IMG/VR virus record: IMGVR_UViG_3300032163_000011
Location: 5,416-69,415 of that record
Reading direction: 5' to 3' (one strand)
DNA: 64,000 nt
DNA from: a virus
Part shown: positions 56,888 through 64,000 of the stretch, one piece after another
Layout: the number at the start of each line of letters is the position of its first letter
How positions within the stretch are numbered: position 1 is the first letter of the stretch
The notes under the pieces: model-generated
The model's input: the letters and a program-made list of their open reading frames with translations, nothing else
Databases searched by the model: none
What the model was told of the DNA's origin: nothing
Translations under genes and position numbers: made by a program

Positions 56888-57647
56888 GCAGGTGGAGGAT
56901 TACCTGCTGACCAGCCCCTCGAACCACAATTTCAATAAGCAGCGCACCGAGATCATGCGCCTCTTTTCCTGGGCCCTCCGGCGCCAGATGGTGCCCCACA
57001 ACCCGGTCTTCCTGGTGGAGAAGTTGTCGGTCGAGCGAAAGAAGAAGGTAATCCCGGTTCCCCAGGACATGGCGAAGATCCTGATGGCAGCCGGCCCCGA
57101 CCGGCCCCTGCTCCTGGTCCTGTTCCACACCATGGCCCGGATCGACGAGATCCTGCGGCTCAAGTGGGAAGATGTGAACTTCCAGGAGAAGGCCGTGCGC
57201 CTCTGGACCCGCAAGCGCCGGGGTGGGAATTGGGAGTTCGATTGGCTACCGATGAACGAGGACCTGGAGGCGGTCCTGTGGGGCCTCTGGCAGAAGAAAG
57301 AACAGGACGAATGGGTCTTCTTCAACCAGCGCCAGGGCACCCGCTACCTCTACCGGCCAAAGCTCATGGGGACCATCTGCAAGCGCGCCGGGGTGGATAA
57401 ATTTGGGTTTCATGTAATAAGACACTTTGTTGCGAGTTATCTTTATGACATTAAAAAGATTTCTTTGCCGGTGATTTCAAAGTTACTTAGGCATAAGAAC
57501 TTATCGACTACAGAAATTTATCTCAGAGCTATTGATCCGCATTTTCGAGAAGCGATGAAACTTCTCGAAGGTAATTTTATGGAAGGATTGAGCGAGGTAA
57601 CAAATGAAAGAAATTTGGAAACCGATTCTAAGTTGTCCAGGGTATGA
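56553..57647 (+). CDS. int: Tyrosine integrase
   Basis: TMARIDEI (R), HVIRH (HxxR), LLRH, TTEIY (catalytic Y); N-terminal arm-binding domain. Confidence 0.93.
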   Translation: MSPSWRENNKWRHQFQYLGKRYSKSNFHTKKAGERWEVLKLAELEAEAKTPPSAKTPSASASEVLTLETLMVKYLRLAERGLAETTLSYRKSVFRRFLAHVGDGPILTLTPEQVEDYLLTSPSNHNFNKQRTEIMRLFSWALRRQMVPHNPVFLVEKLSVERKKKVIPVPQDMAKILMAAGPDRPLLLVLFHTMARIDEILRLKWEDVNFQEKAVRLWTRKRRGGNWEFDWLPMNEDLEAVLWGLWQKKEQDEWVFFNQRQGTRYLYRPKLMGTICKRAGVDKFGFHVIRHFVASYLYDIKKISLPVISKLLRHKNLSTTEIYLRAIDPHFREAMKLLEGNFMEGLSEVTNERNLETDSKLSRV

Positions 57648-58131
57648 AGCATCAAGTCTTGGCAGAATACGATCTTTTTGGAAATTCGTAGGTCCAGGGC
57701 CACGTTTATTAAGCGATCAACCTCAACGGATATTGGCCCGATGGTTAGATAATTGTGGATATTATAGAGTTCAGATTAAAAATGGCAATAAAACTATTCA
57801 TCGCTTAGTTGCAGAAGCATTTAGGGGGCCATGTCCGCCAGGGCAACAATGCCGGCATTTGGATGGAGTTCGTACAAATGTAGATGAAACTAATTTATGC
57901 TGGGGTACTTTTGAAGAACAAGGGATTGATAAAATAAAACATGACAACAATGGCAATAGAATCCGTGGCGAAAAACAATGGAAGGCCAAACTGACTGCCA
58001 GTGAGGTCAAAGAAATCAGAGAACTTTATACCCAGGGGGGTTATTCTCAACCCCAACTTGGAAGAATATTTGGCGTTTCTCATACTCAAATCGGTTATGT
58101 GGTTCATCATAAAAGCTGGGCGCACATTTAA
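57604..58131 (+). CDS. NUMOD4-HNH homing endonuclease
   Basis: EIWKPI...YEASSLGRIRS; IHRLVAEAFRGPCPPGQQCRHLDG...NLCWGT. Confidence 0.9.
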   Translation: MKEIWKPILSCPGYEASSLGRIRSFWKFVGPGPRLLSDQPQRILARWLDNCGYYRVQIKNGNKTIHRLVAEAFRGPCPPGQQCRHLDGVRTNVDETNLCWGTFEEQGIDKIKHDNNGNRIRGEKQWKAKLTASEVKEIRELYTQGGYSQPQLGRIFGVSHTQIGYVVHHKSWAHI

Positions 58132-58200
58132 GCGAGAAGGAAGCCGTGGCTGGAAGTATTAAATCTTGAACTCGATTTACAGATGGGTGCTACCAATTCA

Positions 58201-58454
58201 GGCGAGTAGGTCTTGGGTAGGTCTGAGCATACTAAAACCGAAACAACCACACGCCCTGGAAAGTCGATGTGCCAACCATGCTTATTTAAGGGGTTTACCG
58301 TATTGGTGTTGTGGCCTACGAATCCATGTGTCGGGGGTTCAAATCCCTCCGGGCGCGCCACTTCCAGGAATAGCGAATTTCGGCGAGTAGGTCGGCGAGT
58401 AGGTGATGAACTCCAATAAAATAATTAACACTTATCTTGTAAACTTCCTACTCG
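58201..58454 (+). other. attP: core plus arm-type repeats
   Basis: GGCGAGTAGGTC 58201-12, TTGGGTAGGTC 58213-23, tandem at 58382-58404, inverted CCTACTCG 58447-54, flanking the tRNA fragment downstream of int. Confidence 0.8.
58316..58360 (+). tRNA. 3' half of tRNA-Arg(ACG); attP identity segment, not a complete tRNA
   Basis: CT-ACG-AA anticodon loop, T arm GGGGG-TTCAAAT-CCCTC, acceptor CGGGCGC-G-CCA; no D arm or 5' acceptor strand. Confidence 0.85.
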
Positions 58455-58485
58455 GGTTCAAGAATTTTGAGGCGGGTTCAAATTA

Positions 58486-58758
58486 TTGGACGGGAGGTGT
58501 AATTTGAGAAAACAGTTCTTTTTGAAAGTATATCTGAGTTGGAATCCGCAATATCCAAAAAGAAAAACAGAGGACACAAGTGGGACCTGTGCCTTTTGCG
58601 GAGAACGCGCCAATCGAACCGCTTCACTCTACACAGAATATGGAAAATTGCTTTTTGAGGACATCTGTAAAAATTGTGCTGAGAACCTGCCCGCGCCAAA
58701 AATAAAGAACCTCAAAGAGTTTTACTCTTTTTTAGCTGTTTATCCTGAAGGGGAATAG
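58486..58758 (+). CDS. Small CxxC protein
   Basis: CAFCG...ICKNC; likely TTG start at 58504 after GGAGG. Confidence 0.5.
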   Translation: MDGRCNLRKQFFLKVYLSWNPQYPKRKTEDTSGTCAFCGERANRTASLYTEYGKLLFEDICKNCAENLPAPKIKNLKEFYSFLAVYPEGE

Positions 58759-58899
58759 GAGGCCGTCCTTCCCACTTGCAGTTGCCCCCGTTGACGATAC
58801 AGCCTGCCCGGCCCCAGAAGATGCAGAAATTGGTCAGAGCCCACGGGTAGAGGCCAGTGGGCTCAGGTATGTAGTCCGGGCAGAACATGATGACACCCC

Positions 58900-59229
58900 C
58901 TACTTCTTCCCCTTCCCCCCGCTAAAAAGACTCTCCTCATAGTCCATGTGGGCCTTCACCGCGGCCTCATCAATGTCGATGCAGCCGTTGGCGTCGGCCT
59001 CATACTTGAGAATCTTCCCGTGGGCGCTCCGGGGGATGACCTTCATCTCTTCCGGAGTGAAGTTAATTCCGTCCGGCCGGTCCCCGAGGGGCAGGTTTAG
59101 CACGGCCGCTTTTCCCATCGGGGGAAGGACCGACTTTACCGTCTGGCAGCCGGCGGTAGCGATCATAAAGAGTCCGCAGGCCAGCATCATCAACCGTGTC
59201 CACTTCTTTGTCGATCTGTGCCTTTTCAT
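58900..59229 (-). CDS. Outer-membrane spanin (o-spanin lipoprotein)
   Basis: Basic N-terminus, hydrophobic stretch, lipobox TAGC; overlaps the i-spanin gene. Confidence 0.75.
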   Translation of the reverse strand: MKRHRSTKKWTRLMMLACGLFMIATAGCQTVKSVLPPMGKAAVLNLPLGDRPDGINFTPEEMKVIPRSAHGKILKYEADANGCIDIDEAAVKAHMDYEESLFSGGKGKK

Positions 59230-59455
59230 TGCTCACCCGCCTTTTAATGGCCGTTTGCTTGACCATGAATTCATCGAAGGCCTTTTGCTTCTCGGCCTGG
59301 ACCTTTTGCTCCAGTTTAAGGCTGTCGATCTGAGCCTGCTGGGCCACGATCTTAGCCTGCATGTGGTGGTAGTTAAAGCCATAGTAGCCGCACACGCTCA
59401 GGATCACCAGGACGAGTCCGATTTTGATGTAGTCGAAAATTCCCAGGCCGAACAT
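59063..59455 (-). CDS. Inner-membrane spanin (i-spanin)
   Basis: N-terminal transmembrane segment followed by a coiled coil. Confidence 0.75.
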   Translation of the reverse strand: MFGLGIFDYIKIGLVLVILSVCGYYGFNYHHMQAKIVAQQAQIDSLKLEQKVQAEKQKAFDEFMVKQTAIKRRVSNEKAQIDKEVDTVDDAGLRTLYDRYRRLPDGKVGPSPDGKSGRAKPAPRGPAGRN

Positions 59456-59470
59456 AGCCGTTCCCTCCTT

Positions 59471-59773
59471 TTACGGTTTTGGCGTTTTTGGTCCTATGCC
59501 GTCCCCTGGTAACACAGGTGGGGCGCCACCTGCGAACCTGCTCATCAAGCCTGCTCCCAAGCCACCGGTGGCCGCGGCCAGTAGTCCCAAAAGCAATTTA
59601 ACCCCGACTTCATCCAGGCCCCTGTGGTGATAAAAAGCGTGGTAGATGAAGGCCGTAATGGCGAGCAGCACTATCGGCGTGGCCAGGATGATACTGATAA
59701 AGGCAACGATCACCGTGGGGGAGTGGACCACGCTGTTGTTGCCGCTCACAAACTCCTTCCAGAAGCCTTTCAT
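59471..59773 (-). CDS. Putative holin
   Basis: 100 aa with two hydrophobic segments, next to the endolysin. Confidence 0.65.
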   Translation of the reverse strand: MKGFWKEFVSGNNSVVHSPTVIVAFISIILATPIVLLAITAFIYHAFYHHRGLDEVGVKLLLGLLAAATGGLGAGLMSRFAGGAPPVLPGDGIGPKTPKP

Positions 59774-60258
59774 GCGAAGATGTCCTTGAACTGCGCCGCC
59801 CGGGCCAGCACATCGGCGGAATAGTCGCCGCCGGCGGTGCGGCTGTCGATGTCGGCTCCGCTCCGGAGCACCTTGGCGACATTGCCCTCACCGCAGTTGT
59901 AAGCGGCAATGGCGGCTTGTTGAGAATCGGCCTCATTAAGGTTGTCGAGGAGCCCCTGGCCGGCCAAGTAGTTATATTTTCCGGAAAGAATCTGGGCGCC
60001 CTTTTCGATGTTGGTGGCCGGGTCAGTCCAGTCGTTGGTGGCCAGCCAATCACCGAAGGAGCGGTCGTCGATCTGCATGAGGCCGTGCCCGTGGCCGGCG
60101 TCTCCAGTTAAATCCGCATCCAGGATGAGACCGAAGCGGGACTCCCTGGACAGAATCCCGGCGATGATCTCGGGGGGCCATTGATGTTTTTGGGCTGAGG
60201 CCAGAATCATGTCCTTCATCTGGCGGCACAGGTCAAATTCTTGGGCTCTGATTGTCAT
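59770..60258 (-). CDS. Endolysin, goose-type-lysozyme/SLT-like
   Basis: IIAGILSRESRFG...GDAGHGHGLMQID...AIAAYNCG...DYSADVLARA. Confidence 0.85.
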   Translation of the reverse strand: MTIRAQEFDLCRQMKDMILASAQKHQWPPEIIAGILSRESRFGLILDADLTGDAGHGHGLMQIDDRSFGDWLATNDWTDPATNIEKGAQILSGKYNYLAGQGLLDNLNEADSQQAAIAAYNCGEGNVAKVLRSGADIDSRTAGGDYSADVLARAAQFKDIFA

Positions 60259-60737
60259 CTCCCTCCCCTCCTGCTCTGTAATTCGGATACTCCAGTTTTA
60301 ATGTAGCCCACATCAGACTTGATCCCAGCGATGTCAACCGCCATATTGGTCATGCCGGTTGTGACTAAACCATATTTCTGATAAAGATCGGTAAGTTGCC
60401 TTTCATTTGCCAACGATCTTTGTTTTTCTTCGCCATGGGCCGGACAGAGTTCAGGACTCATAAGGCAATGCTCGGGGCTTGATGGAATTATTTCAACAGC
60501 AGCCCCCCCTATCTTGACAGCCCCATATTTAAGAAGCATCCAGCCCACGAAAAAAAAGAGTATCGCCACCGCTAATCCGGTGGACACCCCGCCAACCAGC
60601 ATCCCCAGCCAAGAAGCGTCGATGTGTTCGACCGAAACTTTTTGTGGCATGGACTTGAGGGCTGCCTCGCCCGCGAGTTCCGCAATGATAGGTAAAAATA
60701 GCATTGTTTCTCCCCCCGATACCTTAGCTTGGGTCAA
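60255..60737 (-). CDS. Membrane protein (holin/antiholin-like)
   Basis: One transmembrane segment plus C-terminal coiled coil, upstream of the endolysin. Confidence 0.55.
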   Translation of the reverse strand: MTQAKVSGGETMLFLPIIAELAGEAALKSMPQKVSVEHIDASWLGMLVGGVSTGLAVAILFFFVGWMLLKYGAVKIGGAAVEIIPSSPEHCLMSPELCPAHGEEKQRSLANERQLTDLYQKYGLVTTGMTNMAVDIAGIKSDVGYIKTGVSELQSRRGGR

Positions 60738-62140
60738 AACAGGTCAATCCCCCAGGACTTAAACTTCTCCAATCGGCCCAAATGCGATTTCAGGTGGTCG
60801 TGCTCCGTGCGGTGCTGCAAATCCCCGGAGATGCCGGCCATCTTAATTTCTGCCACGCGCTTGTGGCAAGCCTTGATAGCCTCTTCGGCTGTCGCTCCAC
60901 GGTCCAGGATCACCCCCAGGTAGCCGTCTGCCCCGGCGCACCGCAGCTTCCCCTTGCTGTCCTTATAGACATCGACCCACCAGGCGCCCTTGGTGTCGAT
61001 GGGGCTGTTGATCAGGTTATCCTTGATCATCGGGGCATAAAGAGCCAGTTTATCCCTCACATGGGGGAAGGGGTGCAGGGTGAGAACCTGGGAGGCCACG
61101 AAAGAACGCTCAGGCTCCGCCTTGAACTTATTCAGGAAGAAGGTGCTGAGTTTGCCCTTCTTAATCAGACTCAGGAACAGGAAGAGGGCTGAATAGCCGA
61201 AGCGGAAGGTCCACTCAAGGAACCAGACCCGCCCGCCCTTGGTGATGATGCTGTTGGCGTCCACGGGCCCCGTGTAGCCCTTCAGCCAGGGAATCTTCAC
61301 TATCAGGTTATGGACGATCCCGCTGGCGTCCTTGCAGAGGAAGACGCTGTTGGAGGCGCTGCCGACGGCGGGCCCCGTGTCCCCGTCACCCAGCTTTTTA
61401 TCTTCCAGGGTGCGGTTGGGGTGCATGACCACCCCGTCCACCACCCAAATCTCGCTGGAGACCTCCTCGCCGACGATCTTCTCCTGCAGGATGAACTTTA
61501 CGCTGTCACCCAGCCTGGCCGGGTAGGTGGTGGTCAGGAGGTCCAGGAGTTCGCCCTTGAAGTCCTCCACCTTCGTCAGGTCCAGGTCGGCGTTCCCGTG
61601 GGGCTTGAAGACCCACAGCTTATCCTTGCCGGATCCGTGCAGGAACTTGGCGCCGGCCTTCAGACTGGTGAATTCGTGGTACTCGGGGATGTCGAAGCCG
61701 CAGAGCCGGGCCAGCTTAATCCCCTCTTCCCGGTCCAATTCGACCTTCTCCGGCAGGGCACCGCCACCGATGACCTCTTTGTTCCACGGAGGCTTTCGTA
61801 ATTTATCCCCCAGGGTTCCGAACAGGCCGGGGACATTGTGGCTGATCCCAAATTTATCCAGGAAGTCAAAGGCCCGGGGGCTCTTGTCGTTGGGGAGCAC
61901 GATGTCGATAGCGACATGGCTGGCCCGCTTCACCGCTTCCAGGAGCCCGTCGTCGCCCACCCGCGGCATTAGGCCGGAGTAGGTTTTGCGATAGACCGGA
62001 TCATAAATATAGAAATCGACCGGGACGCCCTCCTTCCGGAGTTCCCAGGCGACCGGGATGGCACCGGCTTTTTGCGAGATGAAAAGCAGACTTTTTTCGG
62101 GAACGGTTCCCAAAGTGTTATACCCCCACGATCTTCGCAT
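60734..62140 (-). CDS. PurD-like ATP-grasp ligase
   Basis: ELDR...WVFKP...ILQEKIVGEEVS...EDKKLGDGDTGPAVG...LEWTFRFG. Confidence 0.8.
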   Translation of the reverse strand: MRRSWGYNTLGTVPEKSLLFISQKAGAIPVAWELRKEGVPVDFYIYDPVYRKTYSGLMPRVGDDGLLEAVKRASHVAIDIVLPNDKSPRAFDFLDKFGISHNVPGLFGTLGDKLRKPPWNKEVIGGGALPEKVELDREEGIKLARLCGFDIPEYHEFTSLKAGAKFLHGSGKDKLWVFKPHGNADLDLTKVEDFKGELLDLLTTTYPARLGDSVKFILQEKIVGEEVSSEIWVVDGVVMHPNRTLEDKKLGDGDTGPAVGSASNSVFLCKDASGIVHNLIVKIPWLKGYTGPVDANSIITKGGRVWFLEWTFRFGYSALFLFLSLIKKGKLSTFFLNKFKAEPERSFVASQVLTLHPFPHVRDKLALYAPMIKDNLINSPIDTKGAWWVDVYKDSKGKLRCAGADGYLGVILDRGATAEEAIKACHKRVAEIKMAGISGDLQHRTEHDHLKSHLGRLEKFKSWGIDLF

Positions 62141-62504
62141 TCACCTCGCCGCTGACGATGGTGGGTTTGCATTTAACCCACGCCAACGGCGTTTTGATCG
62201 AGGCGATGACGCTGCCATTGGCCCCAGAGGGATTGGTAGTGAGGTTGGTGACGATCTTCGAGGAGATCAAATCCACGCCGTCATAGCTATTGAGCGGGGG
62301 ATCGCCTTCTTTCGCACCGTCTATAATGCTGCCGTAAATCCCCACCGAGGCGTTGGCATTTGCGGAGAAGTCGATGTGGATACCCAACTTGTCCCAGCCT
62401 TTTACCCTGACCCATTCGCCATTGGAGTTTGCCGTGGCTTTATCCAGCAGGACTCCCTCCATGTTTTCGGTTGGATCTCTGAAGTTCTTGGACCCGGCTC
62501 CCAT
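62118..62504 (-). CDS. Hypothetical (virion-like) protein
   Basis: 128 aa, RBS AGGAG. Confidence 0.6.
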   Translation of the reverse strand: MGAGSKNFRDPTENMEGVLLDKATANSNGEWVRVKGWDKLGIHIDFSANANASVGIYGSIIDGAKEGDPPLNSYDGVDLISSKIVTNLTTNPSGANGSVIASIKTPLAWVKCKPTIVSGEVNAKIVGV

Positions 62505-62621
62505 GTCATTCTCCTTTGTCTTTTTGACTTAATTATGCTATAAATAAAAACAAGCCGCACCCCTGTTGTCGCAGGAATACGGCTCTGACCAAAACGCAAA
62601 CCTTTGCAGGAGGTCCACGCT

Positions 62622-62887
62622 ATGGCTGAATCTCAGGTTATCACAGCCCAGGAAATTTTCAAACCAATCCCAGGTTACTCCTTTTATGAAGTCAGTAATC
62701 TTGGTCATGTAAGGTCGTGGCGCAATAATCGCCATGGCCGAAGCAGATTCCCGCGAACCTTGCAGCCAGGTCGAACTGCTGATGGTGTTTGGACAGTCTG
62801 CATTTCTGATGATGACAAAAAAAGGAAAAGTTGGTCGGTTGGTTATTTGGTGCTTTTGACTTTCGTGGGTCCCTACCCAGAAGGACC
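62622..62887 (+). pseudogene. Truncated NUMOD4-HNH endonuclease
   Basis: EIFKPIPGYSFYEVSNLGHVRS...LVLLTFVGPYPEG; similarity ends before the HNH active site. Confidence 0.75.
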
Positions 62888-63059
62888 GGTATTCCTGGAC
62901 ATGGGGCGGCATGATCCGGGTCATGTGAATCTGCCGGGGCATATCATCCAGGAACTTATAGATCCCCAACAGATCAGATAGGGCCTCCCGGTCGCAGCCG
63001 AACCCGTCCAAAAGGAGATGCTGCCCGAACGGCGGCGTAATTTGCTTCTGAGTCGGCAT
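62887..63059 (-). pseudogene. speD: Truncated S-adenosylmethionine decarboxylase (SpeD-like)
   Basis: FGQHLLLDGFGCD...IYKFLDDMPRQIHMTRIMPP; the ESH pyruvoyl cleavage region is missing. Confidence 0.75.
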
Positions 63060-63093
63060 CCATAAACCCTCCCCATTGGTTAAAAGCTAACGC

Positions 63094-63294
63094 TTACTTC
63101 ATCGCCCGATACTCTTCCTCGGTAATCCCATGAGGCGATAACAGGGCAAGGAGGCCGTTTTCATTGTCAGATACCAGAAACTCCTTCTCGCTCCCGGTCA
63201 TTTCCCCTGGGTTGGTCACTCCGGCTCCCAATAAGGTTTCGTCTGCGACAATGGCCCAAAACAGCGGCACGGTAATGGCTCGGACTTCTCCCAT
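63094..63294 (-). CDS. Small hypothetical protein
   Basis: 66 aa, RBS AGGAG. Confidence 0.55.
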   Translation of the reverse strand: MGEVRAITVPLFWAIVADETLLGAGVTNPGEMTGSEKEFLVSDNENGLLALLSPHGITEEEYRAMK

Positions 63295-63309
63295 GATGTT
63301 GATCTCCTT

Positions 63310-64000
63310 TTAGTTAGTCGTCACCGTCAGCCATTTCTTGGTCGGGTTGACATTGCAACTATCGTGCGTCAGTTCGTAGGCCCATTCCTTCCCCGCAACC
63401 GGCGGGCAGTGGGCTTGATAGGTGCCGGATGGGGCCGCATTGTTGCCAGCCACATTGATTGTACCGTTTGCTACCGTCCGGGTGGCAAAAGAGGCATACA
63501 ACCCCTGAAGGACGGCATCTACCTGGGCTTGAGTAAGGCTGTTGCCTTGGATAGAGAGATTTGTCGTAGTAGTCCAAGCCGAAAAATCAGCAGCAGCCAC
63601 GGTTAACGGAAGCATGCCGGCAGGTAGACTATAGCAATACCAGTACGTCGGTCTCCAGGCAGACATATCAGCGCTGTTGATGACACCGGTGAAACCGGCA
63701 GGCAGATTTAAGCAATACCAGTACGTCGGTCTCCAGGCAGACATATCAGCGCTGTTGAGGACACCGGTGAAACCGGCAGGCAGATTTAAGCAATACCAGT
63801 ACGTCGGTCTCCAGGCAGACATATCAGCGCTGTTGATGACACCGGTGAAACCGGCAGGCAAATTATAGCAAAGCCAGTACGTCGGTCTCCAGGCAGACAT
63901 ATCAGCGCTGTTGATGACACCGGTGAAACCGGCAGGTAGACCATAGCATTCCCAGTACGTCGGCCTCCAGGCAGACATATCAGCGCTGTTGAGGACACCG
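63310..64000 (-). CDS. LRR-like tandem-repeat protein (5' end outside window)
   Basis: 26-aa repeats NSADMSAWRPTYWxCxxLPAGFTGV(I/L); C-cap NSLTQAQVDAVL...GNNAAPSG...WLTVTTN. Confidence 0.8.
   Translation of the reverse strand, partial: GVLNSADMSAWRPTYWECYGLPAGFTGVINSADMSAWRPTYWLCYNLPAGFTGVINSADMSAWRPTYWYCLNLPAGFTGVLNSADMSAWRPTYWYCLNLPAGFTGVINSADMSAWRPTYWYCYSLPAGMLPLTVAAADFSAWTTTTNLSIQGNSLTQAQVDAVLQGLYASFATRTVANGTINVAGNNAAPSGTYQAHCPPVAGKEWAYELTHDSCNVNPTKKWLTVTTN
63617..64000. repeat. 78-bp coding tandem repeat, about 5 units visible
   Basis: CCGGCAGG recurs at 63617, 63695, 63773, 63851 and 63929. Confidence 0.95.

Noticed and set aside
58280-58360. Complete phage tRNA gene
   Set aside because: No 5' acceptor strand or D arm, and the 5' anticodon stem mismatches; it is an attP fragment
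63617-64000. CRISPR array
   Set aside because: Constant part is 63 bp, variable part is 15 bp and mutually related, the period is 26 codons in an open frame, and no cas genes are seen
63310-64000. Diversity-generating retroelement target
   Set aside because: No reverse transcriptase or template repeat seen in the window; changes do not look adenine-restricted
1-64000. Integrated prophage with host flanks (dnaB, ssb, HU, purD, speD as host genes)
   Set aside because: All lie within phage operons, and the att site has arm repeats on both sides

Overview
The whole window is a temperate tailed phage of a Gram-negative host (it has a spanin pair), most likely podovirus-like: N4-gp56-type major capsid protein, portal, adaptor, a giant ejection-type protein, and no tape-measure or sheath gene recognised. 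It looks like the free or circular form, because an intact attP-like site (3' half of tRNA-Arg(ACG) with arm repeats on both sides) lies mid-window and no host genes are seen. Layout: 1-31.2 kb minus-strand virion and packaging genes; 31.2-36.1 kb accessory block (Acb2/Tad1-like protein, KTSC, transglycosylase, dual-frame C5 methyltransferase); 36.7-38.1 kb TerS and RuvC-like; 38.3-42.2 kb plus-strand early genes separated by hairpins; 42.3-49.4 kb minus-strand replication module; 49.9-58.1 kb recombination genes, Xis/Int and HNH; attP at 58.2-58.45 kb; lysis, PurD-like, broken speD and an LRR-repeat gene to the right edge. The most striking observation is a second integrase-type site just downstream of terS (36589-36683). 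It has the same core flanks, a 22-bp identical arm tandem and nearly the same spacing as attP, but a different 7-bp overlap, suggesting the integrase may also circularise or resolve the genome, as Cre/loxP does in P1. Other highlights: a group I intron in the capsid gene whose LAGLIDADG ORF runs through the ribozyme core; a methyltransferase split over two overlapping frames; attC-like hairpins; a +1 frame break in a collagen-like tail gene; and an LRR array with focal variability. All calls are by eye, with no database searches.
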